64,000 nt of DNA from an uncultured virus (IMG/VR IMGVR_UViG_3300037631_006629) (taxonomy: Duplodnaviria > Heunggongvirae > Uroviricota > Caudoviricetes), in the IMG/VR virus record IMGVR_UViG_3300037631_006629, positions 1-64,000 of that record; one strand, 5' to 3'. Below the pieces are notes generated by a model. It saw only the letters and a program-made list of their open reading frames with translations, ran no database searches and was not told the origin of the DNA. The translations under genes and the position numbers were made by a program. Positions 57,103-64,000 of the stretch are shown here, piece by piece (the first letter of the stretch is position 1; every line of letters starts with the position of its first letter).

Positions 57103-57930
57103 ATGAAACTTATATTATTATTAATTTTTTCGTCTTTACTTTTAAATTGTTCTGACGAATTGTCAAATTATCAAGGTTACGAAAATGACTTTAGGAGTAA
57201 GTCATACTTCGAAGTTAAATATGTTGGTGCTACTTGTGATTCGCAATGTATCTATTCAAGTTACGCTGTAACTTATAATTTGCAAGAAAAACAGTTTGAC
57301 TGTGTTGAAGGACCTTGTGCTTGTGTAAAAGAAGGTGATGCACATACTTTATGTAGTGATAAGCCGTTAGCTGAAGATTTGTGGTCGCAACAAGAAAGCA
57401 TACAACCACATAATAATCAAGTAATAGAAATACCTTATTATAATCAATATGACAACGCTAACTACCCGCATTCAACATGTCAAAATACTAGTATTGCAAT
57501 GGTATTAAGCTACTTTCAATATAACATTCAACCAGATGAGATATTTTATAGGTGGGGTAAAGATATTGCACAGTCGCCTTCCGGATTAAATCAAGTATAT
57601 ACAAGCTATTCTGCAAACAGTGAAATTAATACTTATACTAATGCTACTCCTGAAGACTTGCGATCTGCGTTAGATAAAGGTTACATTGCAATTGTTCACG
57701 GATATTTTACATCATCAGGACATGTAATTGTCGTTAGGGGCTATGATAAGCAGCATTACTACGTTAATGATCCTGCAGGCAAATGGGATGGTTGCTTTAA
57801 ATGTGGATACACTACAGGCAATTACAATGGTATTACTAAATACTCAAAAATATCATTTGAAAACGCAGTATTCACTTCAAATGGCAGCTCTTATTTACCC
57901 GGTTGGATCCATCTTATAAAAGGTAGTTAA
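57103..57930 (+). CDS. Lipoprotein with C39-like cysteine peptidase domain
   Basis: Lipobox LLNC; PYYNQ, TCQNTSIAM, GHVIVVRGYD, VNDP. Confidence 0.85.
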   Translation: MKLILLLIFSSLLLNCSDELSNYQGYENDFRSKSYFEVKYVGATCDSQCIYSSYAVTYNLQEKQFDCVEGPCACVKEGDAHTLCSDKPLAEDLWSQQESIQPHNNQVIEIPYYNQYDNANYPHSTCQNTSIAMVLSYFQYNIQPDEIFYRWGKDIAQSPSGLNQVYTSYSANSEINTYTNATPEDLRSALDKGYIAIVHGYFTSSGHVIVVRGYDKQHYYVNDPAGKWDGCFKCGYTTGNYNGITKYSKISFENAVFTSNGSSYLPGWIHLIKGS

Positions 57931-57931
57931 A

Positions 57932-58606
57932 ATGAAGATTTTATTTAATGTCTGTTTAATTTTTATTATGTTCATGATTAATTTATCATACGGTCAAAGT
58001 TATGAATGCGACAATAATTTTGGTGATTGTGGAACACCAAATCAAAGTGGTGGAGGAGGTGGAGGTGGATCGATACTAATTGCAAATACTGATTTAGGCG
58101 ACACCTACCAGCATGCTGACGACTATGATGATGACGGTATTGAAGATCCTTCTGACAATTGTCCTAGGATTATGAATCCTGATCAGCTTGATCGAGACGG
58201 TGATGGAGTAGGTGATAGCTGTGATAATTGTCTTTCTATATGGAATAAAAAGCAAGAAAACACAGATGGCGATGACAAAGGAGACTTTTGCGACGAAGAC
58301 ATTGATAACGACAGCATATTAAACTATTATGACGAATGTCCTTATCACTGGGGTAACGATACATGTTTCGCATTAAATGTTTTAGAAAATTTTAATAACA
58401 ATAGTGATTACGAAGATGAACACGCTGAAATAGGAAATACAAAAAGTTTTAAAGAAAATGACATGTTTATCAAAGCAAGTGATAAACATGTCAAATTAAA
58501 TCAAAGCTGTAATTCATCGAGATATCCAGATTTTTTCAATGTTTTTGCTTTAATCTCTATAATAATGCTAGTTATTAAAAAGAAATGTAATGAACGAAAA
58601 ATTTAA
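57932..58606 (+). CDS. Secreted thrombospondin type-3 repeat protein with C-terminal Cys/TM/basic anchor
   Basis: Signal peptide; DDDGIEDPSDNCP, DRDGDGVGDSCDNC, DGDDKGDFCD; QSCNS...FALISIIMLVIKKK. Confidence 0.85.
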   Translation: MKILFNVCLIFIMFMINLSYGQSYECDNNFGDCGTPNQSGGGGGGGSILIANTDLGDTYQHADDYDDDGIEDPSDNCPRIMNPDQLDRDGDGVGDSCDNCLSIWNKKQENTDGDDKGDFCDEDIDNDSILNYYDECPYHWGNDTCFALNVLENFNNNSDYEDEHAEIGNTKSFKENDMFIKASDKHVKLNQSCNSSRYPDFFNVFALISIIMLVIKKKCNERKI

Positions 58607-58940
58607 TGTAGGTGACTTTGTCTATGTTAAGTCTTACTATATTAAAAACAATTTTAGTAAGCATGAGATACTTTATCTTAATAAAAGTTATGCGCTGATA
58701 AAAAACAAAAAAAATGGTGAACTTTATAAAAAAGTTGCAATAAAGGATATCACAAAAAGTAAAGAAACAGCAGTAATAACTGAAGATATTGTAAAAGGTG
58801 ATCTTGTAAAATGCATTGTTGACAACAGCAGAATAGAACAAGGTATCGTAATTGATGCATATGAAAACTTTGTTCTTGTACTTATATCAACTAAAAAAAA
58901 GAAAGTTTCTAAAAACAGAGTTATTGTTGTTAATAATTAA
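58590..58940 (+). CDS. Tandem SH3-like protein
   Basis: FNVGDFV and VKGDLV...GIVI. Confidence 0.6.
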   Translation: MNEKFNVGDFVYVKSYYIKNNFSKHEILYLNKSYALIKNKKNGELYKKVAIKDITKSKETAVITEDIVKGDLVKCIVDNSRIEQGIVIDAYENFVLVLISTKKKKVSKNRVIVVNN

Positions 58941-59016
58941 CCCAATTCTAAGTACTTAATCTGTATAGTAAAATATACATGCAATAGCTGCGGCTTGACG
59001 AAGCAGAAGGTATACT

Positions 59017-59226
59017 GTGAAAGTAAGAAACAAGTTAACAGGTAAAATTGGTATAATAAAAGACTGGAATAAAAGTTTAAACGGTAAAGTCTGTATTGTT
59101 GTTTATGAAATAAACATATCATACAACAAAAAGTATGACATATGTAAAGTATTAATTGACAATAAAATACACACGGTTCCAAAACACTTTATAAAAATTT
59201 GTACAAGTTTGAGCGCTGACTTATAA
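59017..59226 (+). CDS. Small SH3-like protein
   Basis: VRNKLTGKIGII; GTG start with AAGG SD. Confidence 0.5.
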   Translation: MKVRNKLTGKIGIIKDWNKSLNGKVCIVVYEINISYNKKYDICKVLIDNKIHTVPKHFIKICTSLSADL

Positions 59227-59227
59227 T
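59199..59227 (+). promoter_or_regulatory. Probable sigma70-type promoter
   Basis: TTGTAC-N17-TATAAT. Confidence 0.5.
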
Positions 59228-59264
59228 TACACATTAATATTTAAAAAGAAAGAGTGAACGAGCA

Positions 59265-59369
59265 ATGAAAAATAAAAAAGAAGATAAAGATTTAAAAACA
59301 GTACTAATAATATCGTTTTCATATTTTGCATGTTTTTTAATACCTGCAATTACAAATTGTATCCAGTAA
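59265..59369 (+). CDS. Possible 34-aa membrane peptide
   Basis: MKNKKEDKDLKTVLIISFSYFACFLIPAITNCIQ between promoter and terminator. Confidence 0.45.
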   Translation: MKNKKEDKDLKTVLIISFSYFACFLIPAITNCIQ

Positions 59370-59398
59370 TAAGAAAAGTTTCTATCAAACCATACTAA

Positions 59399-59421
59399 AA
59401 AACCAGCTTAAAGCTGGTTTT
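59399..59421. terminator. Bidirectional terminator at convergence of + and - blocks
   Basis: AAAACCAGC-TTAAA-GCTGGTTTT with A/T tails on both sides. Confidence 0.8.
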
Positions 59422-59468
59422 GTTTTATAGATTATTTGTTAATGTTACTGCGGAATACTTATACTGAA

Positions 59469-59843
59469 TTAAAAGTTAATATCAAATCCTGACTTACTTT
59501 TTTGCAAAGGAAGAATTATAGTCAATACTCCCTTTTCTAATGAAGCTTTAACTTCTTTTTTTTCTATGTTTTCACCTACGTAAATTTTATGATTTAAGTT
59601 TGAAACAAATTGAGAATTACTTTCCTTGCTTTTACTTGTCACACTAAGATGTTTGTCTTTAAAAGTCATTTGAATTTCGTTTTGAGAAAGTCCCATAGCT
59701 TCAGCAGCAAATACAACTTTATCTTTTTCGTTTTTAATACTATAGCTAGAACTTGATGCTAACCCATGCTTTAACATAACTACGTCTCTTTTTAATAGCG
59801 GCGAGCTCGCTTCAAGTATTTCTTCGATAAAAGATCTGTTCAT
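59469..59843 (-). CDS. Small heat shock protein (Hsp20)
   Basis: G....I...F....L.V; VKASLEKGVLTIILP. Confidence 0.85.
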   Translation of the reverse strand: MNRSFIEEILEASSPLLKRDVVMLKHGLASSSSYSIKNEKDKVVFAAEAMGLSQNEIQMTFKDKHLSVTSKSKESNSQFVSNLNHKIYVGENIEKKEVKASLEKGVLTIILPLQKSKSGFDINF

Positions 59844-59919
59844 TTATAAATTACCTTTCTAGTTTGTTTTTGTTAGTGTGTATAATATAAACACCAAAAT
59901 TTAAATTGTAACCCTTTTA

Positions 59920-60159
59920 CTAAAATAAAATATTTTTATAGTAACTTTCAATTAATGTTTTAACTGGTATCGATCTAATTTTACCTCCCCAGCTATTTAC
60001 TAAAGTTTCTAGTTCTCTCATAGGCATCGTGTTTTTTTCAAGTAAAGAATAAACTTCTTCTTCATAGCTAGATATGTTTTCAAATATATAAATTATACTT
60101 GAATTTCCAATGTCTGTAATCTCTTTGTTTTCGTTAATAGTAATAATAAACTTTTTCAT
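59920..60159 (-). CDS. Hypothetical protein
   Basis: GGAGG SD. Confidence 0.65.
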   Translation of the reverse strand: MKKFIITINENKEITDIGNSSIIYIFENISSYEEEVYSLLEKNTMPMRELETLVNSWGGKIRSIPVKTLIESYYKNILF

Positions 60160-60189
60160 AACATAACCTCCTATATTAATAGGTAGGCA

Positions 60190-60444
60190 TTAATTTAAAA
60201 ATTCTATACTGTTGTAACTTTTTAACCTCAATAAAACAATTTTGTCTTGAACAAGTATGTCCATAAAAATATTGTTACTACTTTCGTCAATAAAATAGTC
60301 TGTGACAAGATAAAAACCTTTGCTTACTTCAACATTTATTGCTGTTACATCTGAAGGTGTAATTACTCCTATAAAGTTTTTATGTAAACAAAGAAGCTTG
60401 CCTATATATTTCAATTTAATAGTTCTTTGTATATACGTCTGCAA
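60190..60444 (-). CDS. Hypothetical protein
   Basis: ORF fills gap; start uncertain. Confidence 0.45.
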   Translation of the reverse strand: MQTYIQRTIKLKYIGKLLCLHKNFIGVITPSDVTAINVEVSKGFYLVTDYFIDESSNNIFMDILVQDKIVLLRLKSYNSIEFLN

Positions 60445-60889
60445 TACCTGAAGCTACAAAAGAATCTGGTTTTACTTTGCACACAAATCCACAACCTGTA
60501 ATGTAACCTTTTATCATGCTTTCGTATCTAGAAGAATTGTGCTGTTTATTAGTATTAATATCAGCATGTATTTCTATGTTTGCACAATTAATTTTTTTTC
60601 TGATTTTAAAAGCAATGTCTATAGAATCAGTTGTTTCTTTAAGTAGTCTTTTTGATAAATCATAATACGAATCGTCAGAAACTTTTCTCTTAGTATAAAA
60701 AAATCTTCTATCATAAAAGCTGTTGTCATTTATTACGCATATTGCGTTTGCAAAAACAAATTTTCCTCCGAGCTTAACACTATCAGTACCTACAATAATT
60801 TTATGATTTTTGTTTTTTACAACTTTTTTTAATATTTGTATTACTTCTGTTTGAGTAAATATTTGTTTTTTGCTGTTTTTCCATTTCAT
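60416..60889 (-). CDS. RNase H-like YkuK family protein
   Basis: IVGTDS, RLLKE, EIHADIN, KPDSFVAS..AD. Confidence 0.85.
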   Translation of the reverse strand: MKWKNSKKQIFTQTEVIQILKKVVKNKNHKIIVGTDSVKLGGKFVFANAICVINDNSFYDRRFFYTKRKVSDDSYYDLSKRLLKETTDSIDIAFKIRKKINCANIEIHADINTNKQHNSSRYESMIKGYITGCGFVCKVKPDSFVASGIADVYTKNY

Positions 60890-61016
60890 TTTATCACCTA
60901 TATGATTGATAATTGACTTCGTTTGTTTTTAAACTAAACTTTAAACAAGTATTACAGCTCGAGCTTTTTGTTTTTATTGATTTCATACGTTATATATAAC
61001 GCTAACATATATGATT

Positions 61017-61175
61017 TTAATTGTAAAAGCTTATTGTTAAATAAACTGTAATGAAAACAAGCAATATTGAAGCTAAGTATTTACCTAAAAAAACATAAAA
61101 AGGTTCTTTATGATAGTAGTAGTAAAAAAAAGAAAAACATATTGTTAGAAAAAAAGAGTATATTAAATTTACCAA
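61017..61175 (-). CDS. Possible small 2-TM protein (52 aa)
   Basis: Hand-translated from TTG: MVNLIYSFFLTICFSFFYYYYHKEPFYVFLGKYLASILLVFITVYLTISFYN. Confidence 0.4.
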   Translation of the reverse strand: MVNLIYSFFLTICFSFFYYYYHKEPFYVFLGKYLASILLVFITVYLTISFYN

Positions 61176-61735
61176 TTATCTTTAACCTTTACTACTGTAT
61201 AGCCGTGTGGAAATAAAACTTTTCTTTTGTACTCTTCATGAGTAAGACCTGAGCTTTTTATTTCTTCATGCCATTCTTTATACATTTGATAACCCAACTC
61301 AGTCAGCTCTTCTTCAATTGGAATATCTGAGTTTGAAGGATCTACGAAACCATCATTAGGTTTAACCCATTTACCTTTATTACTTTTATTCTCGTTCTTG
61401 AAAAGCTTTAAGCTTTTTGGTGTTCCTTCTAATAAGGAAGCATTTAAAATAAATTCGCAGCTTACTTCTGTTTTTATTTTTGAGTTTTTTCTTGTAATAA
61501 CTTCACATAAACAAAAAAGGTTTTTTCTGCCTTTAACTGATATTAATTTGATCCATGCTTTTTTGTTTCTCTTAAAAGCTTTTATAAGATCAATTGCGTC
61601 TGCTGAAGAAGTTTCACCTTTCTGTATAGAAGTTGTTATGTTGTCCAGAATGTCTGAAAATACTTTTGACTTTAAAGAAACATACATCCACTTTTGTTTT
61701 ACGTCAAAAAACTTTAATTTAATTTTTTCTCTCAT
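61169..61735 (-). CDS. Hypothetical protein
   Basis: ORF with AAGGA SD and upstream promoter. Confidence 0.7.
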   Translation of the reverse strand: MREKIKLKFFDVKQKWMYVSLKSKVFSDILDNITTSIQKGETSSADAIDLIKAFKRNKKAWIKLISVKGRKNLFCLCEVITRKNSKIKTEVSCEFILNASLLEGTPKSLKLFKNENKSNKGKWVKPNDGFVDPSNSDIPIEEELTELGYQMYKEWHEEIKSSGLTHEEYKRKVLFPHGYTVVKVKDNW

Positions 61736-61754
61736 GATATTTCCTTTTTTTATT

Positions 61755-61783
61755 ATTATACATTTAAAAAGAAAATATTACAC
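61755..61783 (-). promoter_or_regulatory. sigma70-type promoter
   Basis: GC-GTGTAA-N17-TATAAT on minus strand. Confidence 0.7.
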
Positions 61784-61784
61784 G

Positions 61785-62009
61785 CTAGTCAACATACTCC
61801 CATTTAGCTGCTTCAAATCCAAAGTTTTCAAATAAATAGCTTTCGATTTCATCTTCATCTTCATCAAAAAGCTCTATTGATAAAGTCTTAGGCAAGCCAG
61901 CATTTACTCTAGCTTCTTCGTATTGCAAGTAATCAAACTCTGTGTCTTTAAAACACCAAGTAACTTTAATTGTATTTGTTTCTGTATTACTTTCTTGAGA
62001 CATTTTCAA
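61785..62009 (-). CDS. Acidic hypothetical protein
   Basis: ORF with AAAGG SD. Confidence 0.6.
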   Translation of the reverse strand: MKMSQESNTETNTIKVTWCFKDTEFDYLQYEEARVNAGLPKTLSIELFDEDEDEIESYLFENFGFEAAKWEYVD

Positions 62010-62036
62010 ACCTTTCTGTTTTTTGTCTATATATGT

Positions 62037-62261
62037 CTATGATTTTTGTTTTTTTGCTTTTTTGTCTATTTCGAATTGAATAAACCATAAAGCCTTACTC
62101 AAATCTTCTTCTGTTTTTTCTTTGTTTTTTTTGCCTGCTCGAGCAATATATTTTATAGCACTTCCTAACTCAAAATTTAAAGACCATGCATTTATAACAT
62201 CAATTACTTCGTGACCAGTATCTTTTAAATAATGTGTAGGATGATCCACGTTTTCTTTCAT
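62037..62261 (-). CDS. DUF3310-like phage protein
   Basis: VDHPTHY...EVIDVI...F.LG.AIKYI.RAGKK...EDL.KA.W. Confidence 0.85.
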   Translation of the reverse strand: MKENVDHPTHYLKDTGHEVIDVINAWSLNFELGSAIKYIARAGKKNKEKTEEDLSKALWFIQFEIDKKAKKQKS

Positions 62262-62298
62262 CTTTTTCCTTTTTAATTTATTATATGTAAATCTTAAA

Positions 62299-62913
62299 TT
62301 AAATTAAGTCTTCTATCTTTTGTATGCCAAAACTTCTTAACTCTTCCGGTTGAACTTCAATATCAATAAACTCTTTTTTAGCTTTATGCTCTTTAAAGTC
62401 ACCACTTTCTAGACCTAACTTATGAGGTACACCTTCTAAATTAGCAATATTTCCGTTAAGTAAATCAGATTGATCAATATAGATTTTTACATGATGATCG
62501 AGTTTAGAACCTTTTGTTCTCAAATGAAATCTTACTTTGTCTTTAGAAGCAGAGCCAAATCTCATCCATGCAATACCTGTGCTGTTAAAAGTATCTAAAA
62601 GATTTGAACATTCCATAAAATTTTCTGAATTTGTATCAGAAGATAATATTTCTTCGTTTAAAGTATTGAGTATGTTAAGCCACACTATATTATCTTCTGA
62701 CACTTTTGTTTTTGCCCATGCTCTTCCTCTGCCTGAAAACATTGCTTTTATACTTGCATTGCTTGTATGACTAATGTTTAGATGACAATTGATTGCTTCG
62801 TTAAATATTTCGCGAAGTAATGTAAGTTTAATTTCGTGCTGATCTTCTTCAAGCTTAGAAATAATATTATGTACACCAGGAAAAATAATTTCTTTGATTA
62901 ATTGAATGTCCAT
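62299..62913 (-). CDS. Hypothetical protein
   Basis: GGAGG SD, upstream promoter. Confidence 0.7.
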   Translation of the reverse strand: MDIQLIKEIIFPGVHNIISKLEEDQHEIKLTLLREIFNEAINCHLNISHTSNASIKAMFSGRGRAWAKTKVSEDNIVWLNILNTLNEEILSSDTNSENFMECSNLLDTFNSTGIAWMRFGSASKDKVRFHLRTKGSKLDHHVKIYIDQSDLLNGNIANLEGVPHKLGLESGDFKEHKAKKEFIDIEVQPEELRSFGIQKIEDLI

Positions 62914-62936
62914 TTGTTAATCACCTCCATAGAAAT

Positions 62937-62965
62937 ATTATATTTAAAAATTAAACTTTTTACAT
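62937..62965 (-). promoter_or_regulatory. sigma70-type promoter
   Basis: GC-ATGTAA-N17-TATAAT on minus strand. Confidence 0.6.
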
Positions 62966-62979
62966 GCATAAACAACTAA

Positions 62980-63162
62980 TTAATTTTTTCCAGAAATTAA
63001 ATTTTCTGCATATTCTTTGTTGCATTTCATACATAGATTATCGCAATTATTACAACCGTAATACTCATGAAAAGCATATTTGCATTCATGAAAATAAAAG
63101 TCATATTCCTTTTTACACTTATCACACTTAAGATTGTTTTTCATTTTTCTTAACACTTTCAA
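62980..63162 (-). CDS. Small Cys-rich (zinc-binding) protein
   Basis: CDKC...C...CNNC...CMKC. Confidence 0.6.
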   Translation of the reverse strand: MKVLRKMKNNLKCDKCKKEYDFYFHECKYAFHEYYGCNNCDNLCMKCNKEYAENLISGKN

Positions 63163-63319
63163 TTATGTTTTCTTCTAAATCTAAAATTTGAACTTCATCA
63201 ATGTAAGTTACTATTTCATAGTCGTTGTTTTTAGTTCTAAACAAAGAAGTTATTTGAATGTCTAGGTCTAAGACTAGTTGTGCAAATTTTTTTAACTTTA
63301 AACTTTCTTTTTCAATCAT
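63128..63319 (-). CDS. Hypothetical protein
   Basis: ATGA overlap. Confidence 0.55.
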   Translation of the reverse strand: MIEKESLKLKKFAQLVLDLDIQITSLFRTKNNDYEIVTYIDEVQILDLEENIIESVKKNEKQS

Positions 63320-63582
63320 CTTTTATTTCTCAATAGCTCTCTAACTTCTTTTTGTGTCTGTGACATTTTGCCAACCATTCTTGCACCCGGCTTTTCTATT
63401 ACATTTGATACTTGGCCAGATCTTAAACCACCATTAACTAAACAATAAAAATCAAAATAATCTATCTTAGTCTCTTCATCTCTCCATAGATTTACAACCT
63501 CACCAAATCCATAGTTTTGATCTGCCCCTTTTAGTGAAACCCATAACATATCGCCTAGTTTAATTTCAGTAGTTTTCGACAT
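63316..63582 (-). CDS. Small SH3-like protein
   Basis: IKLGDMLWV...GEVV. Confidence 0.6.
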   Translation of the reverse strand: MSKTTEIKLGDMLWVSLKGADQNYGFGEVVNLWRDEETKIDYFDFYCLVNGGLRSGQVSNVIEKPGARMVGKMSQTQKEVRELLRNKR

Positions 63583-63898
63583 AAGGCAAATGATTTTCTG
63601 GTTTTGAAAAATATTTATGCAAGTGATATTCGTTTACAATACAAGCTTGATTTGTCTTAAGTCTTGTCAAGCTAATCCTGACCATCCTTGTCGCACCTTT
63701 AGTTTCTAGTACTTCGCTTCCTAGATAAACAAAAGGTTCGTTTAACTTAATAGGTAACTTTTGCCCGTCTAATCTTAGCTCTCTTTTTGCCGGCATAAAA
63801 TAATTACCTTTGTTCCTAAGATAAACAAAGGATCCAGAGCCTGATTTGCTATTAAAAATAATAATGTCGCCTTTTCTTATTTCAACGTATTTAACCAT
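63566..63898 (-). CDS. Hypothetical protein
   Basis: AAGGAG SD, upstream promoter; IRKGDII. Confidence 0.65.
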   Translation of the reverse strand: MVKYVEIRKGDIIIFNSKSGSGSFVYLRNKGNYFMPAKRELRLDGQKLPIKLNEPFVYLGSEVLETKGATRMVRISLTRLKTNQACIVNEYHLHKYFSKPENHLPYVENY

Positions 63899-63917
63899 TA
63901 TTGTCTCCTTTTTATAT

Positions 63918-63946
63918 ATTATAACAAAAATTTTTACTATTTACAC
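63918..63946 (-). promoter_or_regulatory. sigma70-type promoter
   Basis: AC-GTGTAA-N17-TATAAT on minus strand. Confidence 0.7.
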
Positions 63947-64000
63947 GTATTAACTAACTCATTCGTTGCCCAATCAACATTTCTATATTTATTTGAAAAA

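Noticed and set aside
58981..59030. Hammerhead-like ribozyme (TTGACGA...GAAA)
   Set aside because: The core deviates from CUGANGA, stem II is out of register, and stems I and III are not evident.
60988..61001. 14-bp palindrome CGTTATATATAACG
   Set aside because: Single, short and AT-rich; chance occurrence cannot be excluded.
2618..62770. Numerous short antisense or alternate-frame ORFs in the track (e.g. 14444-14989, 39965-40456, 43781-44203, 43887-44171, 52882-53295, 61398-61835)
   Set aside because: They are nested in well-supported genes, lack SD sites and show shadow-ORF composition.
1..64000. Bacterial chromosome, eukaryotic giant virus, or recoded stop codons
   Set aside because: No rRNA or ribosomal operons and mostly orphan genes argue against a bacterium. 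SD sites, sigma70, DnaE and lipoboxes argue against a eukaryotic virus. Known enzymes are full-length under code 11 and genes end in TAA, TAG or TGA.

Overview
This window is a gene-dense, very AT-rich segment (roughly 28-30% GC by eye) of a huge tailed-phage genome. It uses the standard bacterial code and Shine-Dalgarno sites. I saw no rRNA, tRNA, CRISPR array or hallmark capsid/terminase gene. Two interleaved gene classes are visible. Class 1 covers replication, metabolism and regulation: DnaE, an NMP kinase/thymidylate-synthase-fold fusion, thymidine kinase, dCMP deaminase, 5'-3' exonuclease, GroEL, a sigma70-type factor, UvsE, GMP reductase/IMPDH-PurA-PurB, a RadA core, a MoxR-vWA pair, ATP-dependent DNA ligase and Hsp20. 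Many of these genes follow a recurring promoter, (GC)GTG[TC]AA-N17/18-TATAAT. Class 2 is about 20 proteins sharing amphipathic leaders or internal motifs ending in [LI]-x-E, which resemble prohead-protease-processed head-packaging signals. They include a 2744-aa protein, an SOD, a GNAT, a ligase-like/HIGH nucleotidyltransferase fusion, a PD-(D/E)xK-like protein and small basic proteins. The most notable observations are: (1) an aerolysin/ETX-type protein whose predicted beta-hairpin has about 120 residues per strand and whose lipoprotein signal is one base out of frame at a T9 tract; (2) a sigma70 factor whose region-4.2 HTH appears to be encoded by the next, overlapping ORF; (3) a kinase/minimal-TS-fold fusion with Asp at the dCMP-specificity position; and (4) a G-to-A plus C-to-U/T nucleotide-pool conversion set, consistent with an AT-rich phage infecting a GC-richer, possibly myxobacterial, host. 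All functional calls come from motif recognition by eye; no database search was run.
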